Of a DNA stretch of 64,000 nt, positions 17,909-28,066 are shown piece after piece. Below the pieces are notes generated by a model. It was not told the origin of the DNA. It worked only from the letters and a program-made list of their open reading frames with translations, and did no database searches. The stretch is from Planctomycetota bacterium (GTDB lineage Bacteria > Planctomycetota > Brocadiia > JAADGH01), in assembly GCA_040755855.1 (NCBI GenBank), contig JBFMAD010000007.1:64001-128000 (forward strand), written 5' to 3'. Positions within the stretch are counted from its first letter, which is position 1, and each line of letters begins with the position of its first letter. The translations under genes were made by a program, and so were the position numbers.

Positions 17909-19513
17909 TCATTTGGCTTTGACCTTGAATACCACGTAGCCGTAGTTGCCTGTAACTGACACGGTCACACCGCCGGCGGGCACGGACTTAGCCTTGCGCA
18001 GTGTCAACGACGGCGTCTTCTCGATGAGGGTGATGGTCTTGCCGGTCAATGCTGCGGGGAGTTTCAGGATGTCGCGATCCACCGCTTTGTGATAGTCGGC
18101 GTAGACAACGACCTCTCCGTCTTCCTCATGCCAGTAGAAACAGGTGGCAGCCTTCTGGTCGGCGGGCCGGAAATACTGGCGATAGGCAATGCAATCGAAC
18201 TTCGTGCCCGCGGGAACGAGAGGCTCCATTTGACTGTCAATGGCCACCGGATAGGACTTGGCCGTGGTGTGCAGCGTGATGGCTGCGCTTGCGTTCTTGG
18301 CCCGTTCGGCCGGTTTCGTCAGGCCTCGAACCAGAGAGTATCCCAATGCGTAGCCGACTTCCCATGAGACCTTTCCATCCTCCTTTCGGCCCAGCAGCTG
18401 GATAAACCGGTCCGGCAGGTTCTTCGGGTCCTCGATGTTCTTGCTTGCCTCCGTGAACCGCAGCGGCGACTTTGGCGGAGACGAGTAGTCCTGCATGGAC
18501 TTGAAGTCGTAGGCGATGTCGTCCCGCGTGAAGGGCGTTGTCTTGGGGATATAGTACACATGCGCGTCGTAATCGCCCTTGGTCAGCTTGGCCGACTGGA
18601 TGAAGCCCATATACCCGATGTTGAACTCCTGGAGCGCCTTGGCTGTGTAATAGATCACGTTCGCGCCGTTCGGGTGGAAGCGGTATACGATGTGGTTGCT
18701 GATCACCCCATCCAGCTTGTCGCCGGTGAAGTCCCGCTCCACCCCTGGATGCTTGACGATATCCTCCAAGAGCGACGCGGGGCTGATGATATCGTATTCT
18801 TCCACAATGTCGAGATAGTCGCACGAGGCCGGCTTGCCGTCCTGCAGGGGCTTCTTGCCTTCGATGAGATACTCCTGTTTTCTGATCCTACATGCGGGAT
18901 GCAACTGCACCATGCGGTTGTCGGCGAATGTTATCGTGGCGCGCCGTGCGGCGCATTTCAGAGTGGAGCCGGAGTAGGTGTTCGCAAACTTCCATACAGC
19001 GCCTTTTCCTGTGTTCTCAGGCAGGAACCAGAGATGGTCCTTGTCCGCAATCTTGATGAGGTAGAACTTGTGGCCGGCCTCATCCGTCCATTCGCTGCCT
19101 AGGTCGGCGGCGGTGCGGCCGTGGTCGGCGCAGGTCAGATCGCGAGAGTCGGAGCAGCCGTGGTTGGCCCCGATGTAAGTTCCGTTGATGTTCCAGGGAG
19201 TGGCGTCGTCTCCGTTGCCATGGATCATCCTGCCGTTGCTGACCTCCTTCTCGCTCATTCCCGCCGATTCATTGAGGAGAAAAGCGCCGAAGAAATTGAT
19301 CTGATGGTTGTTTGCCCCTTTTTCCACCCTCACCACCAGGTCCTCTTGCGCCGAGAAGGCGCTGCGGATGAACACGTTGTCGCCGTATTTGACGACCCGC
19401 AGACCGGTCTTGGCCGAACCGGAGCCACGATCCGCCCCTTCGACAGCCGCCCCCCCGGAGAACATCATGGTGCAAAGGAAGGCGAGCAGCAGTATGTGAG
19501 TGAAATTCGTCAT
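17909..19513 (-). CDS. hypothetical secreted beta-rich protein
   Basis: 534-aa ORF with signal peptide and normal codon pattern. No family recognised. Confidence 0.75.
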   Translation of the reverse strand: MTNFTHILLLAFLCTMMFSGGAAVEGADRGSGSAKTGLRVVKYGDNVFIRSAFSAQEDLVVRVEKGANNHQINFFGAFLLNESAGMSEKEVSNGRMIHGNGDDATPWNINGTYIGANHGCSDSRDLTCADHGRTAADLGSEWTDEAGHKFYLIKIADKDHLWFLPENTGKGAVWKFANTYSGSTLKCAARRATITFADNRMVQLHPACRIRKQEYLIEGKKPLQDGKPASCDYLDIVEEYDIISPASLLEDIVKHPGVERDFTGDKLDGVISNHIVYRFHPNGANVIYYTAKALQEFNIGYMGFIQSAKLTKGDYDAHVYYIPKTTPFTRDDIAYDFKSMQDYSSPPKSPLRFTEASKNIEDPKNLPDRFIQLLGRKEDGKVSWEVGYALGYSLVRGLTKPAERAKNASAAITLHTTAKSYPVAIDSQMEPLVPAGTKFDCIAYRQYFRPADQKAATCFYWHEEDGEVVVYADYHKAVDRDILKLPAALTGKTITLIEKTPSLTLRKAKSVPAGGVTVSVTGNYGYVVFKVKAK

Positions 19514-19791
19514 GTGGCGCTGCCTCCAAGCGCGACGGCCTTTCCGGCCCTCCTCAACTGGTAGACATCATAAGTACAGCGGAAAGCGTCTGCCATTTCG
19601 TGGTCGGTGAGCGAACGAAGACTGCCATCCACCGCTCCGAGAATGGACAGGGGGCGAGGCGCAACCAGTGCGGCGGTCTGGGGGACATCGGCAATTTTCA
19701 AAATGTTCGGCACAAACGTGGGCATCGAATGCTCGCGGGAGAATCTCTCCCGGTGGACATATGGCGGTTGCTTCGCCGTCTGCTCAGTCAT
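19510..19791 (-). pseudogene. C-terminal fragment of an alpha/beta-hydrolase (acetylxylan esterase/dienelactone hydrolase-like)
   Basis: FVPNILKIADVPQTAALVAPRPLSIL is typical of the C-terminal part of such esterases. The nucleophile region is absent. Confidence 0.55.
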
Positions 19792-19824
19792 GAAACACGC
19801 CTCTTTTGTTTGAATCCGAATCGC

Positions 19825-22212
19825 CTATGGTGCGGGTGGGGCGCTGGAACAATTGATGAACACATTGTCCTTGGCCCGGGATGCCTCCCAGAGTCCCTTT
19901 TCACTCTCGGCCAGCACGGTGGAGCATCTTTCGAACACGTTCCCGCAATAGAGGTTCTTTCGAAGCCGCCCCAGGGGGTCCGGTTGGAGTACCAAGGCTG
20001 AGGCCCCTGGTTCATCGAACCCGCTGATATGGTTTCCTATCAGTTTGAAGAGGCTGCGTACGATAATTGCCTCCTTCACGTCGCTAACATCGCCGCGAGA
20101 AATAAGGTTGTTCTTGAAAAGGGCTGTCTCACTTCCATACGAATCCAGGACTACAGGATGGAGGCAGGCGGCGATCGTGTTGTCATGAATGTTCCAGTTC
20201 GCCGACGGCGGAAAGACCTCAAAGACATCGTCCACTTTCATCTCACGCGGCTGTGTGATCTTGAAGGCGAGGGTATCAGGATTCCAGGATTCGATGACCG
20301 ACGTTCCGGAGGGCTTGTCGCCGGCGAACCACACGATGTTCCATCCTCTGTAGAGGTGCGAGGTCCGCCATTCCAGAGGCAGGAGCGCGCCCCTGCGACG
20401 AAAGGTGGTCGAGTCCACGACCTCGCCGACCTTGGCCTGCACGCGATGCGTGGTGAGGCCGTATCCGCAACCGCGGACAAGGTTGTCGTGGACGTCCACA
20501 TTCAGGGCCGGTTCCTTGATGCGGATCCCTGTGACCTTTGGGTCGCAATTTCCACGAACGTAGATTTGATTGTCACTGACGATCACATCGGAGAGGCCCA
20601 CATCAATCCCGGCCCGTTCGCGGACCTTCTCGTCCTGGTTAGTCAGGTCCATGATGTTGCCGCTGATAACGATCTGGCGCGCCGGGTAGGAGGACTTGAT
20701 CTTCCCTCCTGTGGGAGTAGAGAAATCAGACTTGTCCCGGGAATCCAGGTGAACACCTGTACTTCCGTAGTTGATGAAAATATTATTACTGACGATCACT
20801 TGCGTCGCGCCATGGCCAACGTGCACCGCCGCAGCATTGGGGCTGACACCCTCAAAAACATTGTTGCTGATGATCGTCTGCGCCACGCCAAGATCGTGCA
20901 TGAACTCGTAGCGGTGGAACATATTGCCAACGGAACATACTCCTGCGTTTCTGGCGTAACAGCCGATGATGCGGATGAACCGTCCCGGCCCCTCCCAGAA
21001 ACAATTGCCGATGTTCTCGACACGGCAGTAGAGCATGCTCGTGCTCTCGGACAGGTCGTTGTTGTTGAAGGCGTTGAAGCCGCAATCGGTGACGGAGCAT
21101 CGAAGGAAGGTGACCTCCTTCGTATATTGCCGGGGCTTGTTCTCGCCAAACTTCTCCGGCCCCCCGTGAATCGTGTCCGCCTCCCGACAGGGACCCGACG
21201 CATAGAAGCACTCGTTGGTCATCCGGCTGGCATGGACATTCTCCACCAGCACACGCTCCGTGCCGCCGATGCTCATGGCATTGCAGGGCTTCAAGCTCAT
21301 TCCCCAGATTCCATATCCGCCCGTGCTGTGGATGTAACCCGCCTTTTCGGCAAGGCCGGAGTGACCAACCATCCGGAAGTTCCGCACGGTGACATCCGCG
21401 CCGGCCTTGACCCGCAGGACCGAGCCCCTGCCCTCGGAGATATCCAGCACGGTATGGACGGCGCTGGCCCCCTCAAGGATAATCCCCTCCGCATTGGCCA
21501 CGGTAAGCCCCTGCACCAGCCGATAGCGACCGGCAGGAAAATGCAGATTACGTCTCTCCTTGATCGCCCGGTCCACAGCCGCTTGGAGCGGCTTGCTGTC
21601 CTCATGACGGACGAGGGCATCCCGGACGCTGCGGTTGGGCGCGTCCTTGAGCGTAATGACGCTCCCCTCAATCTTCTCAATCGTGGTGTAGAGCACATCG
21701 CGCGCCTGGAATGTCACCACGTCGCCAGGCTTCCAGTCCCGTTTGCCGAACCGCACCTCGACTCCGCCGCTCAACGGCTGCCAGTCATGGGTGATCGGGA
21801 CCTTGTTGGCCTTCCATGTCCGCGCAATATCATCGCTCCAGCGGAAAGTAGCGGGATGGGTCCCATCCACGTCTATGGCAAAGACCATCCATCCACCATT
21901 CGCGCCCTCATAGCCTCTCATCTCCATGGCGCCCCCGAGCGGCTTGCCGCTGTACATTCCGTCCCGAAGCATGGCGCTTGGGTAGTGGATGTTACACTTG
22001 GAGATCAGCACCGCTTGTCCCGGTTTGAAATCGCCGACATCCTTGACGGCGATCTGGTTGGAGCCTACGGTCGTCTCCGCCTTGGTCTCGAACTCCGAAC
22101 CCGAAGCGCCGAGTTCTTTCACGTCAAGCCACGCATCCCCTGCCTCCGCCAAGGGCAAGGCCCCCAAAAAGCCAAGAATAACCACCGTGGAAAGCGCTAA
22201 CCATATCCACAT
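19825..22212 (-). CDS. secreted right-handed parallel beta-helix protein (pectate lyase-like fold)
   Basis: DVKELGASGS, DSKPLQAAVD...LHFPAGRY, repeated IISNN/IVSNN/VISGN/IVSDN/VHDN/IHDN coils. Confidence 0.8.
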   Translation of the reverse strand: MWIWLALSTVVILGFLGALPLAEAGDAWLDVKELGASGSEFETKAETTVGSNQIAVKDVGDFKPGQAVLISKCNIHYPSAMLRDGMYSGKPLGGAMEMRGYEGANGGWMVFAIDVDGTHPATFRWSDDIARTWKANKVPITHDWQPLSGGVEVRFGKRDWKPGDVVTFQARDVLYTTIEKIEGSVITLKDAPNRSVRDALVRHEDSKPLQAAVDRAIKERRNLHFPAGRYRLVQGLTVANAEGIILEGASAVHTVLDISEGRGSVLRVKAGADVTVRNFRMVGHSGLAEKAGYIHSTGGYGIWGMSLKPCNAMSIGGTERVLVENVHASRMTNECFYASGPCREADTIHGGPEKFGENKPRQYTKEVTFLRCSVTDCGFNAFNNNDLSESTSMLYCRVENIGNCFWEGPGRFIRIIGCYARNAGVCSVGNMFHRYEFMHDLGVAQTIISNNVFEGVSPNAAAVHVGHGATQVIVSNNIFINYGSTGVHLDSRDKSDFSTPTGGKIKSSYPARQIVISGNIMDLTNQDEKVRERAGIDVGLSDVIVSDNQIYVRGNCDPKVTGIRIKEPALNVDVHDNLVRGCGYGLTTHRVQAKVGEVVDSTTFRRRGALLPLEWRTSHLYRGWNIVWFAGDKPSGTSVIESWNPDTLAFKITQPREMKVDDVFEVFPPSANWNIHDNTIAACLHPVVLDSYGSETALFKNNLISRGDVSDVKEAIIVRSLFKLIGNHISGFDEPGASALVLQPDPLGRLRKNLYCGNVFERCSTVLAESEKGLWEASRAKDNVFINCSSAPPAP

Positions 22213-22450
22213 GACCCGTTTCCTTTCCTATCCGTTGTACGCTGGATCTATCCAGTATCTGACGCAGAGAGTCTGCCCGCGTTTCCCTGCGCACCGGTGT
22301 CGGCAATCGTGCAGGTGACATCCACAGGGTGATAGCGGCGGTTGGCGGTGAGGCGGCTGTAGCCGCATCGCGGACTATGCCGAAAGGACGGCTGCACGTC
22401 ACGAAACTGCTCCTCCTCGGGGGCGAACTCGGTCCCTTCCCGCCGCGCCG

Positions 22451-24199
22451 TCATGGGATCACCGGCAGAAGGATGTGCGAGGCGTGTTCGCCATCGTGAT
22501 ACACGGTCTGTGCGGCCTTTTTCTTCTGTGTATCCGCACCGAACGGCTGCCCAGTGTTCGGATTGCGGTCGAAGCGGGGGAAGTTGCTGCTGGAGACCTC
22601 GACCCGAATCCTATGGCCCCGCAGGAAGACATTGCTGGTTACCCAGAGGTCAATCTCGTAGCAATAAATCTTCTCCGGCTCGATCAGCGTCGGCCGGTCG
22701 GCCGATTCGCGGTAGCGGGCGCGAAGGATCCCGTCGCACAGATTGATGGGACGTCCATCCGGCCATACGTCCACGAGCTTGGCCGTCCAGTCCGTGTCCG
22801 TTGCGCTGCTGGCCGCGTATAGAATGACCTTGACCGGCCCGGTCACCTCCAATCCGCTTGTCAATTCGTCGCTCGTGAAAACGAGAACGTCCTCCCGCTG
22901 CTCGACGCTCGTTTGGTCGCGCGGCCCGGCAGGCCCCCCGAGGTTGCACCCACCCGCCGTAGGCACGGGGTCGTCCGGGTCGTACACAAACCGGTCGAAG
23001 GGCTCCCGGTCGGGCTTCGTTGTGCTCAGCTGTCCGTCGCCCGTGAGCGTCCTGGCCGAGCCTTGGCTGTGGAAGTAATAGGGGGTGTAACGCGTTCGCT
23101 GAAGCGGCCATTCCTTCTCGTCACGCCACTGGTTCCGTCCCATCACAAAGATCCTAAACGGCGGCCACGTCTCGACGTTCGCGGTCTTACCCTTCAACCA
23201 ATGATCTAACCACTCGGATTGAATCGCATTCAGGTTGACCAAGGAGCCCTCGCCGAAATCCAGATCGCCCACCTTGTGGTTCTTGTTGACGCCATGGGGC
23301 CACGGCCCCATGAGGAGATGCTGATGAGCCCGCGCTTCGTTCGAGCGGGATTCCTTGCGAACGGCGTTCAGGTGGTCGAACACGCTTTTGGCGTAGATGT
23401 CGTACCACCCGCCCACCACGTAGATCGGCGCGGTGATGTCCTTGGCGCAACCGCGTATGCTGCTCGGCCTCCAGTAGTCGTCGAACTGCGGGTGGGCCAC
23501 CCAGTCGCGCAAGTATTGCACCTTTTGCTGGATCGCCGTGTCCCACGTGCAAAGCGGCAGTGCCCGGAGCCAATCCTCTCTCTTCCAGGCGCGCGTGGCC
23601 CGACTGCCGGCCATTGCCGAACCCCATCCCATCGTCAGTTGAAGCTGGTACGCCCCGCCCACGTACGCCAGGTCGTCGTAGACGTCCACCAGCGGCACCG
23701 CGGTGAACATCGCCTTCAAGGACTCACCCGCGCCCGGCGCCAACATCCATTGCGTGAAGCCGAGGTAGGAGCCGCCCACCGTGCCGACCTTGCCGTTCGA
23801 CCAGGGCTGAGCGAGGATCCATTGAAGGGTATCCTGTCCGTCGCATCGCTCGTTTACGAAAGGAACCCACTCTCCGCCGGACGCCCCCCTGCCCCGACAG
23901 TCCTGGCTGATGTACACGTAGCCGCGCGAGGCGTAGGAACGGCCCGCACCGCCTTTCGCGTCGCCCTTGCCGTAGGGCGTTCGGGCAAGGAGCACGGGGA
24001 ACCTGCCTTCCGTCTTTGGCAGAAATACGTTCGCCGAAAGTTGAACACCGTCCCGCATCGGAACATTCATATCGGCCCGGGCTTCGACCTCGTAGGCGGG
24101 GTCCGCGCCAAAGGTCGCGCCGCACAGCGCACACCACAGCACGACCGCAAACCTGGTGGCAACATTCCACACGGTTTTGTTCTTCACTATGTTCTCCAT
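22451..24199 (-). CDS. CocE/NonD family serine hydrolase, secreted
   Basis: VPMRDGVQLSA, RTPYGK, QDCRGRGASGG, GGSYLG nucleophile elbow, GGWYD, GPWPH, YDPDDPVPT, SSSNFPRFDRN. Confidence 0.93.
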   Translation of the reverse strand: MENIVKNKTVWNVATRFAVVLWCALCGATFGADPAYEVEARADMNVPMRDGVQLSANVFLPKTEGRFPVLLARTPYGKGDAKGGAGRSYASRGYVYISQDCRGRGASGGEWVPFVNERCDGQDTLQWILAQPWSNGKVGTVGGSYLGFTQWMLAPGAGESLKAMFTAVPLVDVYDDLAYVGGAYQLQLTMGWGSAMAGSRATRAWKREDWLRALPLCTWDTAIQQKVQYLRDWVAHPQFDDYWRPSSIRGCAKDITAPIYVVGGWYDIYAKSVFDHLNAVRKESRSNEARAHQHLLMGPWPHGVNKNHKVGDLDFGEGSLVNLNAIQSEWLDHWLKGKTANVETWPPFRIFVMGRNQWRDEKEWPLQRTRYTPYYFHSQGSARTLTGDGQLSTTKPDREPFDRFVYDPDDPVPTAGGCNLGGPAGPRDQTSVEQREDVLVFTSDELTSGLEVTGPVKVILYAASSATDTDWTAKLVDVWPDGRPINLCDGILRARYRESADRPTLIEPEKIYCYEIDLWVTSNVFLRGHRIRVEVSSSNFPRFDRNPNTGQPFGADTQKKKAAQTVYHDGEHASHILLPVIP

Positions 24200-24480
24200 T
24201 CAGACCACGTTTGAGCCGTAAGCCACGGTTGATCCATCGTGATGGCCGTACCCATCCAGATCAATCCAGTTGCTTCGCTGCCACGTCTTGCCGTCATCGT
24301 CGGAGACAAACGAGCATACCACCCAGCGCCACGGATCATCCGTCAAATGCTCAACCGTAGCCACGATTCTTCCGCTGCGCGTCTGGATGAAGCCCGAAAA
24401 TTCGGCATTGTAGCCGTCCAGCAGACGCTGGCAATCTATCCATGTCTTGCCGCCGTCCAGACTGCGAATGCCACACTTGG
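24200..24480 (-). pseudogene. internal fragment of a BNR/sialidase-like gene
   Basis: Two Asp-boxes (RSLDGGKTW, VSDDDGKTW) and IDLDGYGHHDG with no proper start or remainder. Confidence 0.7.
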
Positions 24481-24486
24481 GGCGCC

Positions 24487-27400
24487 TTACTCGAGGTCCG
24501 GGCCTTGGATGCGCTCCCCTCTCCTTTGCCTGACTTGATCGTCTCGGTTGAAGGTTCCATAGAACAGGGCGGTGGTGTCCATCCAGGTGATCAGGCGATT
24601 CCACTCATCTTCGCCGAGCCGGACATCCTTGTGTCCGGACGAGAGATGCTTCATGAGCATGCTCCCGCGCGCCCCAAAGTAGTCCGGTTTGCTCAGCGGT
24701 TCGCTGTTGTCCTCTCGGCCCCAGGATGAGTAGGATACCCGCTTGGCCAGTTGGTTGTAGGATTCGGTAAAGTCCTTCTCCGGTTTTGCCGTCAGCGAGA
24801 CTCCCCCCGTGGGCTTCTCGCCGCTGTGACACTTGACACAATGCCTGTCCAGCACTGGTTGCACGAGCAGGGGGTAGGATAAAGGCTTTGTCCCATCGGG
24901 GCCGGGAGTGATCTCCGATGGGGCGCGCGTCAGCGCCATAAGGGCGCGCCGACGAGGCGGCGCGGACGACCGTGGTTCGTGGCAGCCGATGCAGGAGGCG
25001 GTTTCCCCCCGCTGAAGGTAAGTCAGGCTGCGCATGCTCTGCACGGACCGCCCCTGACTGTCGAGTGCCTGAAAGAGCAGCGGAGTGTTGGCAGGAGCAC
25101 GGAAGTACGCCGATCCATCCGGCTCCACCGGCACCGTGCCAAGAACCTGCTTCCCCGGCGACGCGTTCGCCCACCCGACGCGCGGGGTGTTGGCGTGGGG
25201 AGTGGTCTTGGGGAGCACCTGCACAATTCGCAGGCGCCGGATCCTGCTGCCTTCATCTGCGGGCAGGACCGGGGCGGACAGGCCCACGTCGTGCAGGACG
25301 AACGTCCCAGTCGCCTGTCCTGGTTCCTCGGCGGCGCTTGCGACGGTCGGCGGCCTGCGGCGGGGGCGGATGGGGATAGGCCAGAGGCTCGAGATGTTCG
25401 GGTCGCGATACAGCAGCTCCCGGTTGCCGAAACAGTCAACCACATAGATCCCGAACGTGTTTGGGGCGTTGGCGCTCGGTTCGCCAATGAGCGGGTCGTA
25501 GCTGTAGGCCGCGAGGAAGGTCGTTTCCGAGAGAGGATAGGGGCTGCGGTAGCAGTGCCCCGGCCATCGCTTCTCCGCCCGCGGAACGGGCCGTTGTTCC
25601 GTGACGCCTGCCATGCCGCGCCAGCCTTCTGCGGATTCCTTGCTTCGTCGCACGGTGGATTCGCTTTCGGGGAAAGGCACGTCCGGGGTAAGCCGCGTGA
25701 TGGCGTCCATGGTATCCCGGCCCTCGTTGACGTCAATCCGGATGATCGAGCCGGCCGTCATGGCATGGTGAGCCGCTGCTGTTGCCATGATCCGCTGCGA
25801 TTCGGGTATCGGCCGCGCCTCCCAGATGCCCACGGGATTGCGCATGTAGCTGCCGAAGTATTCGCTGGGGGCGGCGCCGTCGGGGTGTGTTGTCCAGAGC
25901 TGCTGGTAGTAGACCGCGTTGCGATCCACGTAATCCCATCGGGTGTAGATAACCCGCCCGTCGTTGAGCACGGCCGGGTCCCACTCGTGGGTTTCGTGAC
26001 AGGACAACACGCGCAGGCCCGAACCATCCGGATTGACCTTTGCCAGGGTGTAGACCGGGCAGGGACCCCGCCCGCACCGATGGAAGCCGCCGCGTCGAGT
26101 CGAGATGAACATGATCCTCCCGTCGGGCAGGAACGTGGGGGAAAAATCGTCGAAGGGGCCTTTCGTGATCTGGCGCAGGCCGTTGCCGTCCGTGCTGATC
26201 TCGTATAGGTGGTAGTACGTGTCGGCATTTTGTTCCCTGCCCTCAATCATCTTCCTTCTCGCCGGGTCGAGCCGACAGTACGAAAAGAGCAGGCGGCAAC
26301 CGTCGTAGCTCAGTTCTGGACGCTGATAGCTGCCGACAGGCAGCATACCCCGCGCCAGCTCATGGCAGCGCATATCTTTGCCGGGAGCATCCAGCACAAA
26401 GACCCCGCCGCCTGGGCGGGCCGACAGGCCGGAGTACTGCGTGAGCTGGTGACTGAACTGGGAAGGGACTTGTTTCACGAAGAGAATGGGGTCCTGCGCG
26501 ACCGTGGGGTCCGCGAAGACGATGCGCCGGCGAACCGTGTGCACCCGCAGCCACAGTTGCTCCCACTCTCTTTCGCCGGTAGCGGAGTTGGCCGCCAGCG
26601 CCTTGGCTCGAACGTGACAGTCTTCCCATTCGCAAAGCATATCGCCAAGGGGAACCTCCCGCTTTTGCAGATCACGCACGAGCCGATCACCACACGCCAG
26701 CACCTCCCCGACGGCTTCCTTCCAGGACACCCTCTCCTTTGGTGTGCCGATGCCATCGTGCATGCGCCAGTCCCACTCGATCAGCTCCTGGGCGATGCCG
26801 GGCCTGAATTCCGGCATGCGTGGGGGAGGAAGCACGTCGCTGGGTGGCCTACGGAAACGAAGCGGCGCGTCGAACCACCCGCGCCCATCCGCTTGATAGC
26901 GCAGCCTTTCCAGGCGAACCCCTGCTTCGTTCCCGGTGCTGCGCATAGTCAAAGCTATCGTGCCGCCTCCGGCGACATCGCTCTGGACCTCAAGCGTGAC
27001 GATCCTACTCGGCTCCAGCACCCGGTGAGAAATCTTCTCTCCGATGCCAACAGCGACTTCGGCACTATCTCCTGTACGAAGGACGAAGTCGGCGGCCACT
27101 TGCAGCGCCCCGCCGGCGCATTTCATGGGGACGTTCAGGCACACCGACTCGTTCTCGCGAAGGCTTGCCATGAGCCTCGACACAGGGATTCCCATCAACA
27201 AAATCTGCGGACCGGTGGATTCTGCGACGAGCGCGACGCCACCGGCACACTCGCTCGAGGGCGCCGGGGCCGGTTTTCCGCAGAGCGTTACCGCCGTCGC
27301 GCCGAATGAAGGAATGCGCATCATGTGGTCCCGGACCAGATAGGCGTCCCCCCAGTTCGCCATGTCGCAGGCGATGCCGTCGCCATTGTCATCTGCGATC

Positions 27401-27825
27401 AGGCAAAGATCTCTGGCCCCCGTCAGTGGGATGTCAATGGCCCGGGGAGGGTCGTTGCCGGATACGGGGCCGTGCTCGAAGACTTTCTTTCCGTCAACGA
27501 GAACACGGAAACGCACACTGCCCCGCTTACCCTCTTGCCACTGAACGCCAATTGTCGCACGGAAGGCCAGGTAAACGCCGGTGAGGGGAACCGTGATCCT
27601 GCCGTTTGCGTGGTGGCCCAGCCCCTTCTTGAAGGTGTTCTCGCCGATTCGGATGGGCTTTGGGGGACCGGTCGAGTATGCGGCCGTATCTATACCGAGC
27701 TTGCCCCATTGCTGCTCGTGTTGCACCGCCCCATCGGCGACCATATCGCTGAGGTATTCCACGTTGGGATCGGCGGCATAAGCCAATCCCATGCAAAGCA
27801 CAATGCAACTAATCAGATATCTCAC
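24487..27825 (-). CDS. secreted NPCBM/NEW2 + TolB-like propeller + HzsA-like middle domain + c-type heme protein
   Basis: GTG start with signal peptide, NPCBM (GLGHHANG...DNGDGIACDMANWGDA), YTRWDYVDR, LGTVPVEPDGSAYF...LLFQALD, heme motifs CIGCH and CVKCH. Confidence 0.85.
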   Translation of the reverse strand: MRYLISCIVLCMGLAYAADPNVEYLSDMVADGAVQHEQQWGKLGIDTAAYSTGPPKPIRIGENTFKKGLGHHANGRITVPLTGVYLAFRATIGVQWQEGKRGSVRFRVLVDGKKVFEHGPVSGNDPPRAIDIPLTGARDLCLIADDNGDGIACDMANWGDAYLVRDHMMRIPSFGATAVTLCGKPAPAPSSECAGGVALVAESTGPQILLMGIPVSRLMASLRENESVCLNVPMKCAGGALQVAADFVLRTGDSAEVAVGIGEKISHRVLEPSRIVTLEVQSDVAGGGTIALTMRSTGNEAGVRLERLRYQADGRGWFDAPLRFRRPPSDVLPPPRMPEFRPGIAQELIEWDWRMHDGIGTPKERVSWKEAVGEVLACGDRLVRDLQKREVPLGDMLCEWEDCHVRAKALAANSATGEREWEQLWLRVHTVRRRIVFADPTVAQDPILFVKQVPSQFSHQLTQYSGLSARPGGGVFVLDAPGKDMRCHELARGMLPVGSYQRPELSYDGCRLLFSYCRLDPARRKMIEGREQNADTYYHLYEISTDGNGLRQITKGPFDDFSPTFLPDGRIMFISTRRGGFHRCGRGPCPVYTLAKVNPDGSGLRVLSCHETHEWDPAVLNDGRVIYTRWDYVDRNAVYYQQLWTTHPDGAAPSEYFGSYMRNPVGIWEARPIPESQRIMATAAAHHAMTAGSIIRIDVNEGRDTMDAITRLTPDVPFPESESTVRRSKESAEGWRGMAGVTEQRPVPRAEKRWPGHCYRSPYPLSETTFLAAYSYDPLIGEPSANAPNTFGIYVVDCFGNRELLYRDPNISSLWPIPIRPRRRPPTVASAAEEPGQATGTFVLHDVGLSAPVLPADEGSRIRRLRIVQVLPKTTPHANTPRVGWANASPGKQVLGTVPVEPDGSAYFRAPANTPLLFQALDSQGRSVQSMRSLTYLQRGETASCIGCHEPRSSAPPRRRALMALTRAPSEITPGPDGTKPLSYPLLVQPVLDRHCVKCHSGEKPTGGVSLTAKPEKDFTESYNQLAKRVSYSSWGREDNSEPLSKPDYFGARGSMLMKHLSSGHKDVRLGEDEWNRLITWMDTTALFYGTFNRDDQVRQRRGERIQGPDLE

Positions 27826-27900
27826 GTGCAGCCGTCTCTTATCAGACCGATACTTCGTCTTGGCAATTTTGAGCCACCAAGGCGAACAGGAAACTCCTGA

Positions 27901-27990
27901 ATCGTATCGTGCTTTTCCGGCAATGTCAAGCCGGACGATGAACCTATGTTTGGCGTTATGTTTGACTTTGGTCCGGTAAAGAGGTATACG
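27901..27990. promoter_or_regulatory. divergent sigma70 promoters
   Basis: Minus strand: TTGACA (27929-27924), 17 bp, TACGAT (27906-27901). Plus strand: TTGACT (27962-27967), 17 bp, TATACG (27985-27990). Confidence 0.6.
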
Positions 27991-28066
27991 TTCAATCTGA
28001 GGCGTATGACCCCGCGCCTTTGGGAATGGCGCGGGATACAAGACGTGGCTAAATGGAAACTGATAG

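Noticed and set aside
20029..22200. 723-aa plus-strand ORF, and similar long antisense ORFs (2966-4414, 15715-16971, 37026-38945, 39740-41029, 47606-49387, 49810-51186, 59594-61138)
   Set aside because: They are antisense shadows of well-supported GC-rich genes and carry no recognisable motifs.
24487..27825. anammox hydrazine synthase
   Set aside because: No hzsB/C, and the NPCBM fusion and glycan context indicate the non-anammox homologue family.
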